Part shown: in pieces, positions 36,601 to 55,795 of the stretch
Position numbering within the stretch: position 1 is the first letter of the stretch
Layout of the letters: every line of letters begins with the position of its first letter
Assembly: GCA_002269645.1 (NCBI GenBank)
Contig: NIVC01002078.1
Coordinates: 1-64,000, forward strand
From: Macrostomum lignano
Lineage: Eukaryota
DNA length: 64,000 nt
Reading direction: 5' to 3'
Position numbers and translations under genes: made by a program
The notes under the pieces: generated by a model
Seen by the model: only the letters and a program-made list of their open reading frames with translations
Database searches by the model: none
What the model was told of the DNA's origin: nothing

Positions 36601-38012
36601 CCATAGATCCTGACCCCAAGCCCATAGATCCTGACCCCAAGCCCATAGATCCTGACCCCAAGCCCATAGATCCTGACCCCAATCCCATATAGATCCTGAC
36701 CCCAAGCCCATATAGATCCTGACCCCAAGCCCATAGATCCTGACCCCAATCCCATATAGATCCTGACCCCAAGCCCATATAGATCCTGACCCCAAGCCCA
36801 TAGATCCTGACCCCAATCCCATATAGATCCTGACCCCAAGCCCATATAGATCCTGACCCCAAGCCCATAGATCCTGACCCCAAGCCCATAGATCCTGACC
36901 CCAAGCCCATAGATCCTGACCCCAATCCCATATAGATCCTGACCCCAAGCCCATATAGATCCTGACCCCAAGCCCATAGATCCTGACCCCAATCCCATAT
37001 AGATCCTGACCCCAAGCCCATATAGATCCTGACCCCAAGCCCATAGATCCTGACCCCAAGCCCATAGATCCTGACCCCAAGCCCATAGATCCTGACCCCA
37101 ATCCCATATAGATCCTGACCCCAAGCCCATATAGATCCTGACCCCAAGCCCATAGATCCTGACCCCAATCCCATATAGATCCTGACCCCAAGCCCATATA
37201 GATCCTGACCCCAAGCCCATAGATCCTGACCCCAATCCCATATAGATCCTGACCCCAAGCCCATATAGATCCTGACCCAAGCCCATAGATCCTGACCCCA
37301 AGCCCATAGATCCTGACCCCAAGCCCATAGATCCTGACCCCAATCCCATATAGATCCTGACCCAAGCCCATATAGATCCTGACCCCAAGCCCATAGATCC
37401 TGACCCCAATCCCATATAGATCCTGACCCCAAGCCCATATAGATCCTGACCCCAAGCCCATAGATCCTGACCCCAATCCCATATAGATCCTGACCCCAAG
37501 CCCATATAGATCCTGACCCCAAGCCCATATAGATCCTGACCCCAAGCCCATAGATCCTGACCCCAAGCCCATAGATCCTGACCCCAAGCCCATAGATCCT
37601 GACCCCAATCCCATATAGATCCTGACCCCAAGCCCATATAGATCCTGACCCCAAGCCCATAGATCCTGACCCCAATCCCATATAGATCCTGACCCCAAGC
37701 CCATATAGATCCTGACCCCAAGCCCATAGATCCTGACCCCAAGCCCATAGATCCTGACCCCAAGCCCATAGATCCTGACCCCAAGCCCATAGATCCTGAC
37801 CCCAATCCCATATAGATCCTGACCCCAAGCCCATATAGATCCTGACCCCAAGCCCATAGATCCTGACCCCAATCCCATATAGATCCTGACCCCAAGCCCA
37901 TATAGATCCTGACCCCAAGCCCATAGATCCTGACCCCAAGCCCATAGATCCTGACCCCAAGCCCATAGATCCTGACCCCAAGCCCATAGATCCTGACCCC
38001 AATCTCATAGAT
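33652..38012. repeat. Large satellite of 21/23 bp units (GATCCTGACCCCAA[G/T]CCCATA[TA]), ~200 copies, with higher-order structure
   Basis: Direct inspection. All three minus-strand frames lack stops, producing the three ~1450-aa ORFs. Confidence 0.98.
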
Positions 38013-38714
38013 CCAGACTCCAGACCCGATGATGCTCCCACAGACCCATCTACCGCGATACTGCAAGACAAATGGGGGACAATGAATTTTGCCACACTTT
38101 TGTTCTTAGCATCTTAGCAACTGTCTAATTCATTTATTAGTCTAACATATGAATCCCTCAAACCTACTCTCGTGGGAAATCTGTCTAAGCAACCTTGGCG
38201 ACGGGGTTAAAAAGAGGAAGTCAAGTTAAGGACGCATTGCTAATTCCTCAGCACTCTGGGTGACTGAATATTATATGGCGTCGGTTCAATTTGTTCTGCA
38301 AAAGACGTAGTTATTTGCCGCGCCTTTTTCGTCTTCCCAACATTTTGTTCAACGGTAAGGGGAGGGGCAAAAACGTTTGCTCAACATGCCGAGTTCACCT
38401 GGGGTGCAGTAGGCTTCTATATACATCGTATGTATGATAAATATATGTAAAGTAAATATTGTGAATAATTTCTTACAAAACTCGTGCGTAGGCGGTTCTT
38501 CTTAAGCTTGCTTTTTCTGCTTTGAAACAGCCAAATGATTGACGATCAAGCTATTAAATTGAATTTGCATTTTACGGTGTTCCTTTTTCGGGAACCGTCT
38601 GAATAAGTTAGTGCTTCATCGAGTTCATTTAGAGAGCTGCATCTCCGTATTGTATTGAAATTTAGTTCCCTATATATGCGTACGTACATTTTATTTTAGC
38701 ATATTGGATTTGAA

Positions 38715-39110
38715 ACGCTCACTTCACTCTACCCCTAAAAACACCCACCTCACTCCCTGCCCCCAAAAACACCAAATTCACTCCCTGACCCTAAAACACC
38801 CACCTCACTCCCTGGATCTTAACAACATCCAACTCACTCTGTGCCCCCAAAAACATCTAACTCACTCCCTGGCCCCAAAAACACCCATCTCACTCCCTGC
38901 CCCCAAAAACACCCAATTCACTCCCTGACCCTAAAACACCCACCTCACTCCCTGGCCCCAAAAGCACCCACCTCACTCCCTGCCCTTAAAAACACATCTC
39001 ACTCCCTGCCCCCAAAACACCCACCTTACTCCCTTGCCCCAAAAGCATCCACCTCACTCCCTGCCCCCAAAAGCATCTACCTCACTCCCTGCCACCAAAA
39101 ACACCTCGCT
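38715..39110. repeat. Degenerate ~28 bp repeat (AAAACACCCACCTCACTCCCTGCCCCC)
   Basis: About 14 diverged copies. Confidence 0.85.
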
Positions 39111-39854
39111 TCCTCACCCCAAGAACGCAGAATTAATTACTGATTTCTCCTATTTCACAGAACAATCAAAACTGTAAAGAACCTTATTGACTGTTAAAGT
39201 AAAGTCCAAATTGTTATGAAATGTGCTAAAGTCGAATTGAGCCAATCCTTTTCATCCTAAGAGTTCAAGTCTAGCGAGGCCAGTCATCCATCAAATGTCG
39301 TTTCTCTCACTTATTTACTGGCACTCAACGAATAGTATACTCTAACTATCAGTACATGTAGTCCACTGTCTGCCGTAATCTTATATACGACTAAAAATTG
39401 TTCAACCAGACATCGTGCATGCCTTAGACGTTTCTTTAACTCTGCTTGACCAAACCAGAAAAGTTAGTTTGGCAATCAAATCCAAAGGCGCAAGGACCTA
39501 AAGAGGAGAAAAGGAGACGGGATAAGGAAACAACAAATTGCATTTATTAGCTCGTTTGACCGAGAAACGAAAATTCGATTCTGAAAAGAGAATTCTATCG
39601 AATCAAAAGTATGCCGAGAAGGAGAGGAAGCTAGAACTCTTCGAATTTGCATGTCGAGTCCTTCGCATTATTTAATCAGCCGAAAAGTTTTTTCTTTACT
39701 TTTTACTTTCCGAGTCTCAAATTTGACGGCCTCTTCGGGATTTCTGCTAATGTCTGTCTGGCTGAGGAAGTCCACGTTAATAGCGTCATATAGAGCCTGG
39801 GATACTGCTGCATGATGATTGAATATTGTTGACTTTTTAACTTGAGCTGGCATT

Positions 39855-40925
39855 ACACACTGATCTGTGTCTCATGCTGGTATTTACACGCTGATCTGGT
39901 GTGTCTCATGCAGGTATTTACACGCTGATCTGGTGTGTCTCATGCTGGTATTTACACGCTGATCTGGTGTGTCTCATGCAGGTATTTACACGCTGATCTG
40001 GTGTGTCTCATGCTGGTATTTACACGCAGATCTAGTGTGTCTCATGCTGGTATTACACGCTGATCTGGTGTGTCTCATGCTGGTATTTACACACTGATCT
40101 GGTGTGTCTCATGCTGGTATTTACACACAGATCTGTGTCTCATGCTGGTATTTACACACTGATCTAGTGTGTCTCATGCTGGTATTTACACACTGATCTA
40201 GTGTGTCTCATGCTGGTATTTACACACAGATCTGTGTCTCATGCTGGTATTTACACACTGATCTGGTGTGTCTCCTGCTGGTATTTACACACTGATCTGG
40301 TGTGTCTCATGCTGGTATTTACACGCTGATCTGTGTCTCATGCTGGTATTTACACACAGATTTGGTGTGTCTCCAGCTGGTATTTACACGCTGATCTGGT
40401 GTGTCTCATGCTGGTATTCACACACTGATCTGGTGTGTTTCATGCTGGTATTTACACACTGATCTGGTGTGTTTCATGCTGGTATTTACACACTGATCTA
40501 GTGTGTCTCATGCTGGTATTCACACACTGATATAGTGTGTCTCATGCTGGTATTCACACACTGATATAGTGTGTCTCATGCTGGTATTTACACGCTGATC
40601 TGGTGTGCTTCATGCTGGTATTTACACACTGATCTGTGTCTCATGCTGGTATTTACACACAGATTTGGTGTGTCTCCAGCTGGTATTTACACGCTGATCT
40701 GGTGTGTCTCATGCTGGTATTTACACACTGATCTGGTGTGTCTCATGCTGGTATTCACACAATGATCTGGTGTGTTTCATGCTGGTATTTACACGCTGAT
40801 CTGGTGTGTCTCATGCTGGTATTCACACACTGATCTGGTGTGTTTCATGCTGGTATTCACACACTGATCTGGTGTGTTTCATGCTGGTATTCACACACTG
40901 ATCTAGTGTGTTTCATGCTGGTACC
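39855..40925. repeat. Minisatellite, 31-34 bp unit (TGATCTGGTGTGTCTCATGCTGGTATTTACAC[A/G]C)
   Basis: About 32 copies. Confidence 0.95.
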
Positions 40926-41377
40926 TACAGGCACCCTTGACCTCACTGTCTTCTACTGGGAATTTAGAGAAAAGGCTCTCACCCATCTCACCCAATAAAG
41001 TCCCTGGGGTTTTGAGCATTTGTCCAAATTAAAATTTATGCACATTCATGGCAATTCATTGAATGAAACAAACTTTTTTCAGAGAAATTTACGAGTTGAG
41101 CAGAGGATGCAGCACTTGAATCCACCGCACTTGTGTTCCCCAGGGAAATTTATCCCTGAAATGGAATCGGGCTTGAAATTGTACTCTCACACTCCAATCC
41201 TAGGGGGAACCGGCCTCACTACCCAACCTAAATTTGCAGAGCAACGACCTCTTAGCGCCTGTTAAATTGCATTTCGGGTGTCTAAAAGTTGAGTTTTTGA
41301 AGAGGAAAAAACAACTTTGGGAGTCTGTGGTTGATAATGATACTATCGTTGAGTTCTATCCATTCGACTTAGATAAG

Positions 41378-42085
41378 ACCCCATCTCACCCCATCTCACC
41401 CCATCTCACCCCATCTCACCCCATCTCACCCCATCTCACCCCATCTCACCCCATCTCACCCCATCTCACCCCATCTCACCCCATCTCACCCCATCTCACC
41501 CGATCTCACCCCATCTCACCCCATCTCACCCCATCTCACCCCATCTCATCCCATCTCACCCCATCTCACCCCATCTCACCCCATCTCACCCCATCTCATC
41601 CCATCTCACCCCATCTCATCCCATCTCACCCCATCTCACCCCATCCCACCCCATCTGACACGATCCCACCACATCTAGCCGCATCTCACGACATTTCACC
41701 TCTTCTCACCCATCTCACCCCATCTCACCCCATCTCACCCCAACTCATCCCATCTCAACCCATCTCACACGATCTCACACCATCTAGCCGCATCTCACGA
41801 TATTTCACCTCTTCTCACCCATCTCACTCCATCTCACCCCACCTCATCCCATCTCACCCCATCTCACCCCATCTCACAGGATCTCACCCCATCTAGCCGC
41901 ATCTCACGACATTTCACCTCTTCTCATCCATCTCACCCCACCTCATCCCATCTCACCCCATTTCATCTCATCTCACCCCATCTCATCCCAACTCACCCCA
42001 TCTCACCCCATCTCACCCCATCTCACCTATCTCATCCCATCTCACCCTATCTCACCTCATCCCACCCCATCTCACCTCATTTCAC
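41378..42085. repeat. 10 bp repeat (CCATCTCACC), perfect at the 5' end and degenerate at the 3' end
   Basis: Direct inspection. Confidence 0.95.
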
Positions 42086-42707
42086 CAAAACTCCCTAAAA
42101 CTGTCAAAACTTCAAATGTCAAAAAATTCCATGTCAAAAATATCTGATACAATTTCATCTCCAACCCAAATTTCATCTAATCTCTCTCGGTCTCATAAAT
42201 TCTCAGCTTTCATCTTGAAAAGTCTCACCAAACCTCATCTAATCCAATCTAGTATTATTCTATTTCATCCATCCATTCTCTTCACAAGAAATCTATTCTT
42301 AACTAGTCCTATAGCACCTATAGCTGGACAAGCCTCGAACATTGAGAACAGAAGCATGTATTTCTTAAACATGAGCTCACATCAAGACTTCGGGGTCTCC
42401 ATAGCCAATCAAAATCGCAGGCATTGGTCGCACAGATCTGATCGAATAAGCAGCCCGAATAACTCAGATATCAACAACCTGGGAGGAATCCCAATTCTGT
42501 CCTGTAATAAGTTTCTGGTCAGCATGCCTGAAAAAGTGATTTATTTACCATAGCACTAAGATTTCGGAATAAACTGAAGAGTCAAAGCGCATTTTCGTGA
42601 GTAAAATACTGCCTTTTCTTGGTGGGAACTGTGAAAAATGAGTTCAAACTCGTATTTTGATCAGTTAATCATGTTGGTCATCAGTTAGGTACCAGACTGA
42701 CAGTCTA

Positions 42708-43180
42708 CTACTAGAGTGACAGGTCGCTAGAGTGACAAGTCGCTAGAGTGACAGGTCGCTAGAGTGACAGGTCGTTAGAGTGACAGGTCGCTAGAGTGAC
42801 AGGTCGCTAGAGTGACAGGTCGCTAGAGTGACAGGGTACTACTAGAGTGACAGGCTACTAGAGTGACAGGCTACTAGAGTGACAGGCTACTACTAGAGTG
42901 GCAGACTGCTAGAGTGACAGGCTACTAGAGTGACAGGCTAATAGAGTGACAAGCTAATAGAGTGAATGGCTAATAGAGTGACAGGTTAATAGAGTGAATG
43001 GCTAATAGAGTGACAGGCTACTAGAGTGACAGGCTACTAGAGTGACAGGCTACTAGAGTGACAGGCTAATAGAGTGACAGGCTAATAGAGTGAATGGCTA
43101 ATAAAGTGATAAACAATTACTAGAGTGACAGGCTACCAGAGTGACAGGCTACCAGAGTGACAGGCTGCTAGACTGACAGG
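42708..43180. repeat. Minisatellite, 16 bp unit (AGAGTGACAGG[CT]...T), just upstream of the K2P gene
   Basis: About 28 copies of AGAGTGACAGGTCGCT / AGAGTGACAGGCTACT. Confidence 0.92.
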
Positions 43181-43313
43181 CTACTTGAATGACGGACTGA
43201 TACTGAGGCAGGCTGCTCGAAATAAGCAGCTACTCGATCAGAGTCACTGAGATATTCTCGCCAAATCTGCAGGCAACTCGAAGTCAGCGAATCAGCAATC
43301 CAAAATCAGCGCC

Positions 43314-47923
<4,610 letters not shown>

Positions 47924-47934
47924 CTGATGGAGCA

Positions 47935-47997
47935 GACAGACAGACAGGTGGACAGACACAGACAGACACACCACACAGGCTGACAGACAGACAGACA

Positions 47998-48041
<44 letters not shown>

Positions 48042-48240
48042 GACAGACGGACAGACAGACACACACAGACAGACAGACGGACAGACAGACACACACAGAC
48101 AGACAGACAGACAGACAGACACACACAGACAGACAGACGGACAGACAGACACACACAGACAGACAGACAGACAGGTAGACAGACAGACCCAGACAGACAC
48201 ACACACACACACACACAGACAGACAGAAAGACAGAGACAA

Positions 48241-48279
<39 letters not shown>

Positions 48280-48298
48280 CACAGCCAGACAGACAGAC

Positions 48299-48383
<85 letters not shown>

Positions 48384-48443
48384 CACAGACAGACAGACAG
48401 ACAGACACACACAGACAGACAGAAGGACAGACAGACACACACA

Positions 48444-48506
<63 letters not shown>

Positions 48507-48604
48507 GCAGACCCAGACAGACACACACACACACACACAGACAGACAGAAAGACAGAGACAAACAAACAGACAGACAGACAGACAGAAAGACAGACACAC
48601 AGCC

Positions 48605-48637
<33 letters not shown>

Positions 48638-48658
48638 CAGACAGACAGACAGACAGAC

Positions 48659-48735
<77 letters not shown>

Positions 48736-48736
48736 C

Positions 48737-48775
<39 letters not shown>

Positions 48776-48804
48776 CACACAGACAGGAAGACGGACAGAC
48801 AGAC

Positions 48805-48835
<31 letters not shown>

Positions 48836-48894
48836 GGAAGACAGACAGACACACACACACACACACACACAGACAGACAGAAAGACAGAGACAA

Positions 48895-48953
<59 letters not shown>

Positions 48954-48982
48954 CACACAGACAGGAAGATGGACAGACAGAC

Positions 48983-49013
<31 letters not shown>

Positions 49014-49072
49014 GGAAGACAGACAGACACACACACACACACACACACAGACAGACAGAAAGACAGAGACAA

Positions 49073-49115
<43 letters not shown>

Positions 49116-49122
49116 GCCAGAC

Positions 49123-49169
<47 letters not shown>

Positions 49170-49370
49170 CACAGACAGATAGACAGACAGACAGACAAAC
49201 ACACAGACAGACAGACAGCCAGACAGACACACAGACAGACAGCCAGACAGACAGACAGACAGACAGACACAGACAGACAGACAGACAGACACAGACAGAC
49301 AGACAGACAGACAGACACACACAGACAGACAGAAGGACAGACAGACACACACAGACACACACACACACAC

Positions 49371-49401
<31 letters not shown>

Positions 49402-49415
49402 GGCAGACCCAGACA

Positions 49416-49451
<36 letters not shown>

Positions 49452-49532
49452 GACAGAAAGACAGAGACAAACAAACAGACAGACAGACAGACAGAAAGAC
49501 AGACACACAGCCAGACAGACAGCCAGACAGAC

Positions 49533-49604
<72 letters not shown>

Positions 49605-49614
49605 CCAGACAGAC

Positions 49615-49649
<35 letters not shown>

Positions 49650-49740
49650 CACACAGACAGACAGAAAGACAGAGACAAACAAACAGACAGACAGACAGAC
49701 AGAAAGACAGACACACAGCCAGACAGACAGCCAGACAGAC

Positions 49741-49816
<76 letters not shown>

Positions 49817-49908
49817 CCAGACAGACACAGACAGACAGACAGACAGACAGACACACACAGACAGACAGAAGGACAGACAGACAGAGACAAACAGACAGAC
49901 AGACAGAC
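47935..49908. repeat. Compound (GACA)n/(CA)n microsatellite, ~2 kb, immediately 3' of the K2P stop
   Basis: Direct inspection; internal blocks such as AAAGACAGAGACAAACAAACAGAC recur. Confidence 0.98.
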
Positions 49909-50282
49909 GGTGCAGATAAGCATGCATGTACATGTAAATGCATCGTACTCCTCTCGCTTTCTTAAGACTGTTCCAAAACTGCATGCACTTTTAAGCTGTA
50001 GTCAACTGTACCAAAAAACTGATGATACAACAGCTTTGCGCATGAAATTTCATAGAAATAAATTTGTCCCCCTATGTAAGTCCATTGATTGTTTCAATTA
50101 GTAGTTCCATGCAACTGAAACAAAGATTCCTGACTACAACGTACTGCCTACGATTCTCAATGGACAGGCATTGACAGACAGGCAACCGTCTGTTTATACA
50201 CTACTTCACCTGCGTTTTAATCGGCGTCCGAGTCAGTTCGAATTATTAATGAAATACTGTTTTGGGAAAAATTAGAAATGTC

Positions 50283-51080
50283 AGCTACTGAGGATCTGGG
50301 AGGCTGGCCCAGCAACTGACACTCTAGAAAGCTGGCCCAGACACTGAAGATCTGGGAGACTGGCCCAGCAACTGCAGATCTGGGAGGCTGGCCCAGCAAC
50401 TGAGGATCTGGGAGGCTGGCCCAGCAACTGAGGACCTGGGAGGCTGGCCCAGCAAATGCAGATCTGGGAGGCTGGCCCAGCAACTGAGGATCTGGGAGGC
50501 TGGCCCAGCAACTGAAGACCTGGGAGGCTGGCCCAGCAACTGACGACCTGGGAGGCTGGCCCAGCAAATGCAGATCTGGGAGGCTGGCCCAGCAACTGAG
50601 GATCTGGGAGGCTGGTCCAGCAACTGAGGATCTGGGAGGCTGGCCCAGCAACTGCAGATCTGGGAGGCTGGCCCAGCAACTGAGGATCTGGGAGGCTGGC
50701 GCAGCAAATGCAGATCTGGGAGGCTGGCCCAGCAACTGAGGACCTGGGAGGCTGGCCCAGCAAATGCAGATCTGGGAGGCTGGCCCAGCAACTGAGGATC
50801 TGGGAGGCTGGCCCAGCAACTGAAGACCTGGGAGGCTGGCCCAGCAACTGAGGACCTGGGAGGCTGGCCCAGCAAATGCAGATCTGGGAGGCTGGCCCAG
50901 CAACTGAGGATCTGGGAGGCTGGCCCAGCAGCTGAGTATCTGGTAATCTGGGAGGCTGGCCCAGCAACTGCAGATCTGGGAGGCTGGCCCAGCAGCTGAG
51001 TATCTGGTAATCTGGGAGGCTGGCCCAGCAACTGAGGATCTGGGAGGCTGGCCCAGCAACTGCAGATCTGGGAGGCTGGC
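50283..51080 (-). repeat. Minisatellite, ~28-29 bp unit, reverse complement of the claudin-intron family (ATCTGGGAGGCTGGCCCAGCAACTGAGG)
   Basis: About 27 copies; the translated peptide (LLGQPPRSSVAGPASQI) matches that of the 30.1-30.5 kb array. Confidence 0.95.
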
Positions 51081-51589
51081 AACTGCGCATATGATGTTTA
51101 TTGAGTTGAGCAAACGATGGAAAATTAACTATACCGGATTAACAGTAATCTAAAACAAGCATGTTTAACAACATTAAAACAGACGGTCAATCTAGACATT
51201 GTGTGCGCCACGTTAACTGTCAGCTAGACACTTTTATATTTTCATTTATCATGTTTGTTTATATAGTCAAAACAGACGACAAAAAGCCAGATGAGAGATG
51301 GCGGACATGAGACACACAGACACGGAACAGAGTAAGCTGATGCAAGCATCGATTGAAGGAAAAAGTAAAAATATTAATAACAGGTAACTAAAGCTAATGC
51401 GTACTGCCGGCAAAAATATTATAATTAATATATTCGCATTGAAAAAATGCTTTATAATAAGACAAACTCTTCACGGAACACAAAGGACGAGCTATAAAAG
51501 GATTCATAATTATGGAATGGATAAAAGAATAAATAAATCTTTTTAGATGAGGCCTAATATAGCAAAATTCAATAGTTAAAGATGTCTTC

Positions 51590-52235
51590 TGTGCTGGGGT
51601 CTGTAGGTGGGTTGGGGTCTGTGGGGGCTGGCCGGCTGGGGTCTGTGGGGGCTGGGGTCTGTGGGAGTTGGGGTCTCTGGGGGTTAGGGTTTGCGGGTGT
51701 TGGGTCTGTGGGGGTTGGGGTCTGTGGGGGTTGGGTCTGCAGGGGTTGGGGTCTGAGGGGGTTGGGTCTGAGGGGGTTGGGTTTGTGGGGGTTGGGTCTG
51801 TGGGGGTTGGGTCTGTGGGGGTTGGGTCTGAGGGGGTTGGGTTTGTGGGGGTTGGGTCTGAGGGGTTGGGTCTGAGGGGGTTAGGTTTGTGGGGTTGGGT
51901 CTGTGGGGGTTGGGTCTGTGGGGGTTGGGTTTGTGGGTGTTGGGTCTGTGGGGGTTGGGTTTGTGGGGGTTGGGGTCTGTGGGGCTGGGGTCTGTGGGAG
52001 TTGGGGTCTCTGGGGGTTAGGGTTTGCGGGTGTTGGGTCTGTGGGGGTTGGGTCTGCAGGGGTTGGGGTCTGTGGGGGTTGGGTCTGCAGGGGTTGGGGT
52101 CTGTGGGGGTTGGGTCTGCAGGGGTTGGGGTCTGAGGGGGTTGGGTTTGTGGGTGTTGGGTCTGTGGGGGGTGGGGCCTGTGGGAGGGGGGTTTGTGTCC
52201 ATGGGGGTTCGGCTTGTAGGGGTTGGGGTCTGTGG
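51590..52235 (+). repeat. G-rich repeat, 15-16 bp unit (GGGGTTGGGTCTGTG)
   Basis: About 40 copies with dense GGG runs. Confidence 0.93.
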
Positions 52236-53538
52236 TGGTTGGTTTATATAAGTGTGTAAATCTAAATAACATTTCACTGCCACCAAAAGAGTAATTCTCT
52301 ACAATTTGTAAATATAAATTCAAAATTCTTATTCAGGAACAAAAAAAGTTTTCAGCAAAATATCAAGAAAACGAGGTTTATTTACTAATAGAGAAGTTTC
52401 AAACAAAAAATGTTATAATTACACTTTAGAATAAAATTATGCCAGAGACAACACAATGTTTTATCACTATCTAAATCGTATATAAAGTATTTTTAACGCC
52501 ATTAAAAGGGCTCTAAAATAGACTGATGCTCATAAATTAGTATGCTAAGTACCCAAAGTGCACTAGTAGTACATGTGTCATATATGCATATGTCCAAGTG
52601 TAAATAATAGTTTGATTAAAACAAAATATATTTAAATAAAGCAGTGTCACGGAGAATACGAAAATTTTAAATAAGATTTATAATTTTGTGACTCACAAGT
52701 TAAACAAAAATTCAATTACATATTTTACAGTGCTTTAATTACTAGTGACAGAATTTATGAAGACTGTAAGTACAGTTAATAACTAAAACAAATATTAGTA
52801 CAACACGTGGAAGTAGGCAAATATAATTATTTTAGCTAACAACGCTTAAAATATGACGAAAACACTGATTAACAATCTGTTTTAATTAGTTGAATTTTGT
52901 TAATAACACGCAAATCAGTGACACTATGTACTTTGTAAATTAGTAGCATAAACAAGGATAATTAATATTGAAGGTAAAACACAAGACAGACAATCAGAAT
53001 TTATTGAATTTTAAAGCCTTTAAAACCAACGTTAGAGAAGCCAAAAAACAAAAATCAATAACTCATTTTAATTATCAATAATAGCGGATATTAAAAAAGA
53101 TTGAAGACAACCAACGCATGCACTAATTAATAATCTTATGCGTCCTGACCCATTAATTAGAAAAATACCCCTTTCAAAGCTACTTAAAGTAGACTCACTC
53201 AATAAAATGAAAAATCAGTCCAATGTTTTTGGGCAGACTAACTGACAGATTTAACGGATTACAAAATAAATTTCTATGGCCAAGGAGTTAGGACCATAGA
53301 CTATTTTAGTATTGAATGAAACAAACTGCTATTTTTAATCCTTAGTTGGAAGATTCAAACTATTAAACACTTGCTTTTTATTGTCTATGGCCGAAAAAAG
53401 AGGTTGTGTGGAGCAGTCAATTTGACAGATGGAAATCCACACCAGATCAATGCTCATATTGTCTATGGCCCTAAAGGAGATAAAAATAATAAAAATTCAT
53501 CACAAAATTGACATCTCTTGAGTCCCGGCCGTACTCAA

Positions 53539-55723
53539 TCAAACTCGCTGAATCTCAAACAGCCTGACGTCAGTGTCGTACCAGATTGGCGGATCCACAT
53601 TGCGCAGGTAGATAACGCCCCACATGTAGGTCCTGAACCAGATGGTGGTGCCAGCGTTGGCCTGATATTTCCTAATTAGGATCGGGTGCGGCACGGGCAG
53701 GAGGCCCACCAGGGTGCCGTGCTGGAGAAATTTCAGAATCTCCGAGTCGTCAGTGAGGCCTCTGCATTGGTGAGGGGGGCAGTTGAACAATTTTAACTCG
53801 ACTTATTTTTGAGTTAAAATCTCCACGCATTGATCCACAGAGCGCACACTTCCATAGAGACAAATATAGACATCTCTGGCACAAACTAAAAATATCTGAC
53901 TTACAAACGCATCCCTAACAATCAATAAGCACATCCCTGACTCAGAATAAACACATCTCTGACCCACAATAAACACATCCCTAGCCCTCAATAAACATCC
54001 CTAGCCAACAAGAAACATCCCTAGCCAACAAGAAACATCCCTAGCCAACAAGAAACACATCCCTAACCCACGAAGACATATCCCTGACCCACAAAAACAT
54101 CCCTGACCCACAAAGACATCCCTGACCCACAAAGACATCCCTGACCCACAAAGACATCCCTGACACACAAAGACATCCCTGACCCACAAAGACATCCCTG
54201 ACCCACAAAGACATCCCTGACCCACAAAGACATCCCTGACCCACAAAGACACATCCCTGATCCACAGACACATCCCTGACCCACTAAAGACACATCCCTG
54301 AGCCACTAAAGACATATCCCTGACCAACAAAGACACATCCCTGACCTACTAAAGACACATCCCTGACCAACAAAGACACATCCTTGACCCACTAAAGACA
54401 TATCCCTGACCAACAAAGACACATCCCTGACCTACTAAAGACACATCCCTGACCAACAAAGACACATCCTTGACTCACTAAAGACATATCCCTGACCCAC
54501 AAAGACACATCCCTGACCCACAAAGACACATCCCTGACCCAGATACATCCCTGACACACTAAAGACACATCCCTGACCCACAAAGACACATCCATGGCCC
54601 ACTAAAGACACATCCCTGACCCACAAAGACACACCCCTGGCCCACAAAGACACATCCCTGACCCACTAAGGACACATCCCTGACCAACAAAGACACATCC
54701 CTGACCCACAAAGACACATCCCTAACCCACGAAGACACATCCCTGATCCACAAAAACATCCCTGACCCACAAAGACATATCCCTGACCCACAGACACATC
54801 CCTGACCCACTAAAGACACATCCCTGACCCACAAAGACACATCCCTAACCCAAAAAGACACACCCCTGACCCACAAAGACACATCCCTGACTCACAAAGA
54901 CACACCCCTGGCCCACTAAAGACACATCCCTGACCTACTAAAGACACATCCCTGAACCACAAAGACACATCCCTGACCCACAAAGACACCTCCTTGACCC
55001 ACAGAGACACATCGCTGGTCCACAAAAACATCCCTGACTCACTAAAGACACATCCCTGACCAACAAAGACACATCCCTGACCCACAAAGACACATCCCTG
55101 ATCCACAGACACATCCCTGACCCACTAAAGACACATCCCTGAGCCACTAAAGACATATCCCTGACCCACAAAGACACATCCCTGACCCACAAAGACACAT
55201 CCCTGACCCACAAAGACACATCCCTGACCCAAGCTACTCCATAATCAGCAAGACTCAGAACTCACTTATCAATGCAAATCTTCTCAACCTGCGGCACCAG
55301 CACCTGCAGCAGACGCATAATAGTCTGTAGCGGCAATTTGCTTTTCCAACTGGACACCCAGTCAGGCGTGGCCACCCAACCGATAGTGGACGATGAAGCT
55401 GTCGACGTAACTGACGGCGTCGGGGTGGCCGGCGGCGGCGGCGCCTGCTGCACGGGTTTGGTCTTGGGCACGGTGGTGGATGTCGCCGCGATTGCGCCGT
55501 CGCTGGATGCCGTAGGCGTCGACCCGTCAACAGCGGCCGCACCGGAATTCGCGTCGGCGTCGGCGCCGGCGTCGGCCGGGGAGCGCTCGGTCATGTTAGT
55601 GAGAGCCGGAGTCGCTTCTAGCGACGTCTTCAGGGTGCCCGGCTCGGCTGGAGCCGCAGGCGTTGAGCCTTCCTGGGAATCGTTTGCGTTGGACTGCACT
55701 GAGGCAGGGTGCTGCTGCGAGTT

Positions 55724-55795
<72 letters not shown>

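Noticed and set aside
33598-38095. Three ~1430-1490 aa minus-strand ORFs (GLGSGS/WGQDL/GVRIY repeats)
   Set aside because: All three frames give the same mosaic because the 21/23-bp satellite lacks stop codons on that strand; no unique coding sequence or splice context.
42116-42553. 145-aa ORF upstream of the K2P gene
   Set aside because: No recognisable domain, partly low-complexity, and no splice link to neighbouring genes.
51394-52323. Pro/Gln/Thr-rich 309-aa ORF resembling a mucin or extensin
   Set aside because: Derived from the G-rich 15-16 bp repeat; the frame switches register within the repeat and there is no signal peptide or splice support.
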